Source of the DNA: Thainema sp.
Lineage (GTDB): Bacteria; Cyanobacteriota; Cyanobacteriia; Phormidesmidales; Phormidesmidaceae
Length of the DNA: 64,000 nucleotides
Assembly (NCBI GenBank): GCA_052168235.1
Contig: JBQLZK010000006.1
Coordinates: 104,837 to 168,836 of the forward strand
Direction of reading: 5' to 3'
A program made the position numbers and the translations under genes. The notes beneath the pieces are model-generated. The model was not told where the DNA came from, did not search any database, and worked only from the letters and a program-made list of their open reading frames with translations. This document shows positions 60,002 through 64,000 of the stretch, in pieces; the first letter of the stretch is position 1; the number at the start of each line of letters is the position of its first letter.

Positions 60002-60640
60002 ATGTTACGTTTTACAGAATATTTAGAATTTGTGGAGCGTGGTATGCGTGAAGAAGCAGTCAATCTATTTCAACTTTTAGTTCAGGCAGGCGCGACGCCA
60101 GGTAAGGACTTTTCGTTTGATGCCGAGCAAGATGTCTGTATGGTGACTAAGCAAGGATACCAGTTACTCAAACAGCGCTACCCAGCCCTGGATTGGGACA
60201 GCCTGTTTGAGATCCATGAGGCAAATTTCAACGATGCGATCGCAGCGCTCCATAAACGACTCGGGACTAACTTTGTCGATCGGATTTTAGATTCCCTCAG
60301 TTGGCGCATTCGCGAACTGCCAATGCGCCAAGCGGCCTGGTATGCGCGACAGGTTTTAACGGGTGTTGAGAAACGCACGGGTATTTCGCTTTACACGCAG
60401 TTAAACAATCGGCTGCGGCTATCCCTACGAGCCCGCTTAGAATGCCTGCTGCATCCAGAGACTCAGCTTGAACCTTGCGGCGAATGGATTAGTGACTTGG
60501 TGCAGGCGGCAGGCGGTTCTCCCCAAGATGTCGCCATTGAAGGCGGCGAAGCCGTATTGTCAGAGCATGGTTTACGGCTGCTGGCTTTGGTCTGGTCAGG
60601 GGGCTATGACTTGTATGGTGAATTAGCTAAGGGCGCATAG
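60002..60640 (+). CDS. Hypothetical protein with internal repeat
   Basis: ATG at 60002; 212-aa open frame. Confidence 0.7.
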   Translation: MLRFTEYLEFVERGMREEAVNLFQLLVQAGATPGKDFSFDAEQDVCMVTKQGYQLLKQRYPALDWDSLFEIHEANFNDAIAALHKRLGTNFVDRILDSLSWRIRELPMRQAAWYARQVLTGVEKRTGISLYTQLNNRLRLSLRARLECLLHPETQLEPCGEWISDLVQAAGGSPQDVAIEGGEAVLSEHGLRLLALVWSGGYDLYGELAKGA

Positions 60641-60733
60641 GCTAGGTACTGGGTTCTGGATGTTGGGTTTTTTATGTGTTGGGTTCTAGTTTTTGAGCCT
60701 TTAGAGACCTCTACAGCCTTTACCCGCGATAGT

Positions 60734-61054
60734 TCAATGGATACTTGATAGTTCGTTGAGCAGTTTGCGGCACCCGACAACATTTGTGAGCAGCATGACG
60801 ATGAGAACAGCATAGGCAACGAAGTAAAAAGTTCGGCTCGATGTCAAAAAGAGAAATGCGGCGTGGATTGCATAGGTGAACCAACCTGCTACGGCTAATC
60901 CAGTTAACGGCAGATCAGTTGGCTGGGAAAATACAAGAAAGAGTCCTAGAGGAAAGAATGGAAAAAGTTGAACGGCAAAGGGTGCCGTAATCATCAGTGC
61001 GATAATCCAAGCAGTTGCATATGCCAGAAATCGATCCTTAACTTTGGGTGGCAT
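60734..61054 (-). CDS. Small hypothetical membrane protein
   Basis: 106 aa, 3-4 hydrophobic segments. Confidence 0.6.
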   Translation of the reverse strand: MPPKVKDRFLAYATAWIIALMITAPFAVQLFPFFPLGLFLVFSQPTDLPLTGLAVAGWFTYAIHAAFLFLTSSRTFYFVAYAVLIVMLLTNVVGCRKLLNELSSIH

Positions 61055-61229
61055 AGTGAAATATCAACTCTAATCCAGACAAATACAGCCTTAGTTAGAC
61101 TATGTCAACACTAAATATTTTCCATTATCTGAAGAGTTAAGCTGAGTTGACCTCTAGTGGTGCGTAAGTGAGATCGCACTTATATTGACCTTTTTATGAT
61201 TTGGAAAAGCAGTTTCCTCCTCGGAGATT

Positions 61230-62273
61230 TTAATGATTATCCCAGTAGTAAATAACATTTGAAAAATCCAAATTTCTCAATGCTTCTTTCGTGATGTGGA
61301 AGTTACCTACACCTGCATCTCCCCAAAGGACTTCCCCGCCTCCTTCAATTGAGCCACTATCTAGCTGAAATAGAAGTAGCCATTCTTCTTCCTGCGGTGC
61401 CAAGACTCTTGGATCTTCTTGCACAAAGTAAGCATAGCCCCCTATTTTTCCTAAACTGTACTGTTCAGAAAAATCTAGATATTGATCAATAATGTCTTCT
61501 TTCCTCTCACCAAATCGTTCAAAAAAATCATAGGCATCTTGTCCAAAAGCTCGCTCAAATCTGTAATCAAAAATGCTGATATACTCCGACTTTTTCGTAA
61601 ACGTCAGCTTAGCTTCATCATCAACTGGTAAAACAGCATCAGGAAAGGCTGGAAATCTGGTTTGTAATTTTTCGATATCTGTCGTAACAGTAGGATAATA
61701 AACAATCCTAAAATAATTTTGCTCCTTGAGCGACTGAAGATATTTATCAGCATCAAATGGTTCGTCCGCCGCAAGGTTGAGTCCCCAAATATGATCTTGT
61801 CCAGCATCAGAGATGAAGAATTGCAGAATCCCTTCATTCGGATAACCTTCAAGCTCAGGCACTTCTGCAAAATTGATTTGTGCTAGCAAGATTAAAGGAT
61901 TTCCTTCTATGTCTTTAGGATATTCAGCATCTTTGGGTAAATAAGGTTTTCCTCTTAGCTTACTATCCCAAAGCTGAGTATTCTTTTTCAAATGAGCTTC
62001 AACTTGGATAGTCTCCATCTTAAAAGCCTCTAGAATATCCCGATAAACTTCCATCTCGATCGGAAGTTCGGGTTTATCAGTTGATGTATTTCCAGCAGCG
62101 GGCTCGCTTTCAGATTGATACGCTGACTGCGACTGAATAAAAATCTGATTTGTTGGAGAAAATGTAACTGTAAGAATGAGCGAAATAAGAAAAATGCCTA
62201 GCAAAAGGTAGGGAAATGAAATATCTCTAAATCTCATAACTTCTAAGCCATAAATTGTTAACTTACGTTGCAT
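61230..62273 (-). CDS. YwqG/DUF1963 family protein with N-terminal TM
   Basis: SKL.GKPYLP, LAQINF.EVP, KIGGY..FVQEDPR, LLFQLDS, WGDAGVGNF. Confidence 0.88.
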   Translation of the reverse strand: MQRKLTIYGLEVMRFRDISFPYLLLGIFLISLILTVTFSPTNQIFIQSQSAYQSESEPAAGNTSTDKPELPIEMEVYRDILEAFKMETIQVEAHLKKNTQLWDSKLRGKPYLPKDAEYPKDIEGNPLILLAQINFAEVPELEGYPNEGILQFFISDAGQDHIWGLNLAADEPFDADKYLQSLKEQNYFRIVYYPTVTTDIEKLQTRFPAFPDAVLPVDDEAKLTFTKKSEYISIFDYRFERAFGQDAYDFFERFGERKEDIIDQYLDFSEQYSLGKIGGYAYFVQEDPRVLAPQEEEWLLLFQLDSGSIEGGGEVLWGDAGVGNFHITKEALRNLDFSNVIYYWDNH

Positions 62274-62342
62274 GATTCACTCATGATCAACTACCCAATC
62301 AGTAGCTCATGACTTTAAGACTGCCCCAAAAACTACACTCAT

Positions 62343-62394
62343 AAAACTAAGCGCCAGCCAAATGAGACAGTTCATTTGGCTGGCGCTTAGTTTT
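62343..62394 (-). terminator. Long hairpin terminator downstream of pdhC
   Basis: AAAACTAAGCGCCAGCCAAATGA-gacagt-TCATTTGGCTGGCGCTTAGTTTT. Confidence 0.75.
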
Positions 62395-62418
62395 GTATTT
62401 CAGACGATCGGCTACTTG

Positions 62419-63765
62419 TTACAGCGTCAACGAATGAGTATCCGTTTCGATAATCTTCGCTAAATCTTGCAAGAAGGCCGCTGCGTCTGCACCGTAGATG
62501 ATGCGATGATCGCAGGTAATGTTCACCTGCATTTGTCGCTTCACCGCCATCATGCCGTCCGGCGTAGCCGTTAGCTGAGGTTGAGACGCACCGATTGCCA
62601 AGATAGATCCCTGACCCGTTGGCAGAATGGCATCAAAGCGATCCACGCCAAACATACCCAGGTTCGACAGCGTAAACGTTCCGGTGCTGTATTCATCCGG
62701 CTGGAGTTGCTTTGTTCGAGAACGAGCGACCAAATCCTTCCAGGTACGCGACAGGGAGTAGATATCAATCTGATCCGCGTTGCGCAAAACGGGGGTAATC
62801 AGGCCGCCGCCTTCCATTGCTACGGCAACAGAAATATTAATATCGGCATTGTACTGAATGCCCTGATCGGTATAGCTTGCATTCACCAGAGGATGCTTCT
62901 GTACCGCCATTGCCACGGCTTTTGCCAGTAGCGCCGTCATGGTCACGCCTTTAGACTTAATCTTCTTGTAGAGTGCATCCAGCTCATCAGTGATGATTGT
63001 GTAGCCTACATGGAACGTGGGCACCGTCAGGCTAGCGTTCATGTTGCGAACAACTGCCTGCTGGAGCGTGTTGAACGGCACGACCTGACCCGGAGTGGCG
63101 GCTGGCGATGGAGCAGCTGCGGCTGGGGCGGGAGCCGGAGTACTGGGTGGTTTGGGAGTAGGAATACTGGTTGCAGCTGCCGGAGTCGTGGTTGTTGGTG
63201 CTGCTGTCGGCGCTCGGCCTGCAGCGGTTTCGACATCCTGAGCCACGATGCGACCGTGCGGCCCGCTGCCTTTGCCCGCGAGAGAATCTAGGTCAACTTT
63301 CAATTCCTTTGCTAACTTACGGGCGCGAGGAGAGACGATCAATCGTCCGCTAGGTGCTGCACCGTTGCCATTTTGAGGGGCTACGTCTTGGGCTGCGACC
63401 TGAGTTTCAGTGGCCGCAGTCTGAGTAGCCGCCGGAGCCGCAGATTCTCCCGCAGAAGCACTGGCGCTAGCCGAAGCACCCGATCCGCCACCCGCTGCCC
63501 GCTGTTTGGCTTCTTCCATTTCGGCTTCGGTTTCGGCTAGAAATGCGATCGCATTTCCGACACCCGCCGTCTCACCCGCTTCGACAACAATCGCCGCCAA
63601 ATAGCCCTCATGGAAGGATTCGACATCCATATCGGCCTTGTCTGACTCAACAACGACCACAGTTTCGCCTCGTTCAACCTTATCTCCTGGCGATTTGACC
63701 CAAGAGACAATCTTGCCTTCGGTCATGGTTGAACTAAGTGCGGGCATGAAAACTTCGTGAATCAT
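62419..63765 (-). CDS. pdhC: Pyruvate dehydrogenase E2 dihydrolipoamide acetyltransferase
   Basis: MIHEVFMPALSSTMTEG, VESDKA lipoyl site, SPRARKLA, DHRIIYG. Confidence 0.96.
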   Translation of the reverse strand: MIHEVFMPALSSTMTEGKIVSWVKSPGDKVERGETVVVVESDKADMDVESFHEGYLAAIVVEAGETAGVGNAIAFLAETEAEMEEAKQRAAGGGSGASASASASAGESAAPAATQTAATETQVAAQDVAPQNGNGAAPSGRLIVSPRARKLAKELKVDLDSLAGKGSGPHGRIVAQDVETAAGRAPTAAPTTTTPAAATSIPTPKPPSTPAPAPAAAAPSPAATPGQVVPFNTLQQAVVRNMNASLTVPTFHVGYTIITDELDALYKKIKSKGVTMTALLAKAVAMAVQKHPLVNASYTDQGIQYNADINISVAVAMEGGGLITPVLRNADQIDIYSLSRTWKDLVARSRTKQLQPDEYSTGTFTLSNLGMFGVDRFDAILPTGQGSILAIGASQPQLTATPDGMMAVKRQMQVNITCDHRIIYGADAAAFLQDLAKIIETDTHSLTL

Positions 63766-64000
63766 GGGGTGGCTTCCGAATCCCTTCCTACAAACGACAG
63801 CATGGCAAAACCGCCAAGAAAGCATTGTATCTTGACGCACGACTTTATGGGACAGCAGTGCTTAAGATTCAAAAAATAGCGCGATGCGCCTAGATTCTAT
63901 ATCTTCTCATATCTCGGAATTTCCTCACCTTAGCCCTCTCCCAGTGCTAATCCTGTAGGGGTTTGGAAACGGCTGCAGCGCCCTGTTTAACAAAGAAGAA

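Larger units (their letters stand above)
1453..63552. repeat. HIP1 (GCGATCGC) dispersed through the window, mostly as TGCGATCGCA
   Basis: Dozens of copies, e.g. 1453, 5963, 5996, 7534 and 63545; not counted exactly. Confidence 0.95.

Noticed and set aside
348..63353. Numerous antisense or nested ORFs in the six-frame track
   Set aside because: Shadows of well-supported genes with no independent motifs.

Overview
Cyanobacterial chromosome segment: psbB/psbT/psbM are present and the HIP1 octamer GCGATCGC is very frequent, mostly as TGCGATCGCA. It is mainly core or ordinary accessory content: carbon metabolism (galE, fbaB, pyk, pdhC, glcF, NDP-sugar transferase), PPK2, cobU-exbB-exbD, a USP-MTase-psbM-ferredoxin-psbB-psbT-nrdR cluster, recJ, PBP2, a potADBC-type polyamine ABC operon and three histidine kinases. 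I found no rRNA, tRNA, CRISPR array, transposase or integrase. The most unusual signal is non-coding. The intergenic spaces hold many short (about 60-110 bp) palindromic elements with 20-33 bp perfect arms and C-NNN-G triloops, three of which are recognisably homologous yet diverged while each stays perfectly palindromic. They also hold MITE-like TIR elements, GTAG REP-like elements and G-rich octamer arrays, one of which has entered a kinase gene in frame. Notable proteins: a minimal ethylene-receptor-like kinase with Asn at the ETR1 Asp25 position, a kinase broken by a stop codon in a mutated HIP1 site, an orphan GH24 lysozyme with three tandem N-terminal repeats, and a pentapeptide-repeat membrane protein with a ComEA-like HhH motif and a degenerate K+-channel-like pore motif. 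All calls come from reading motifs by eye; no database search was run.
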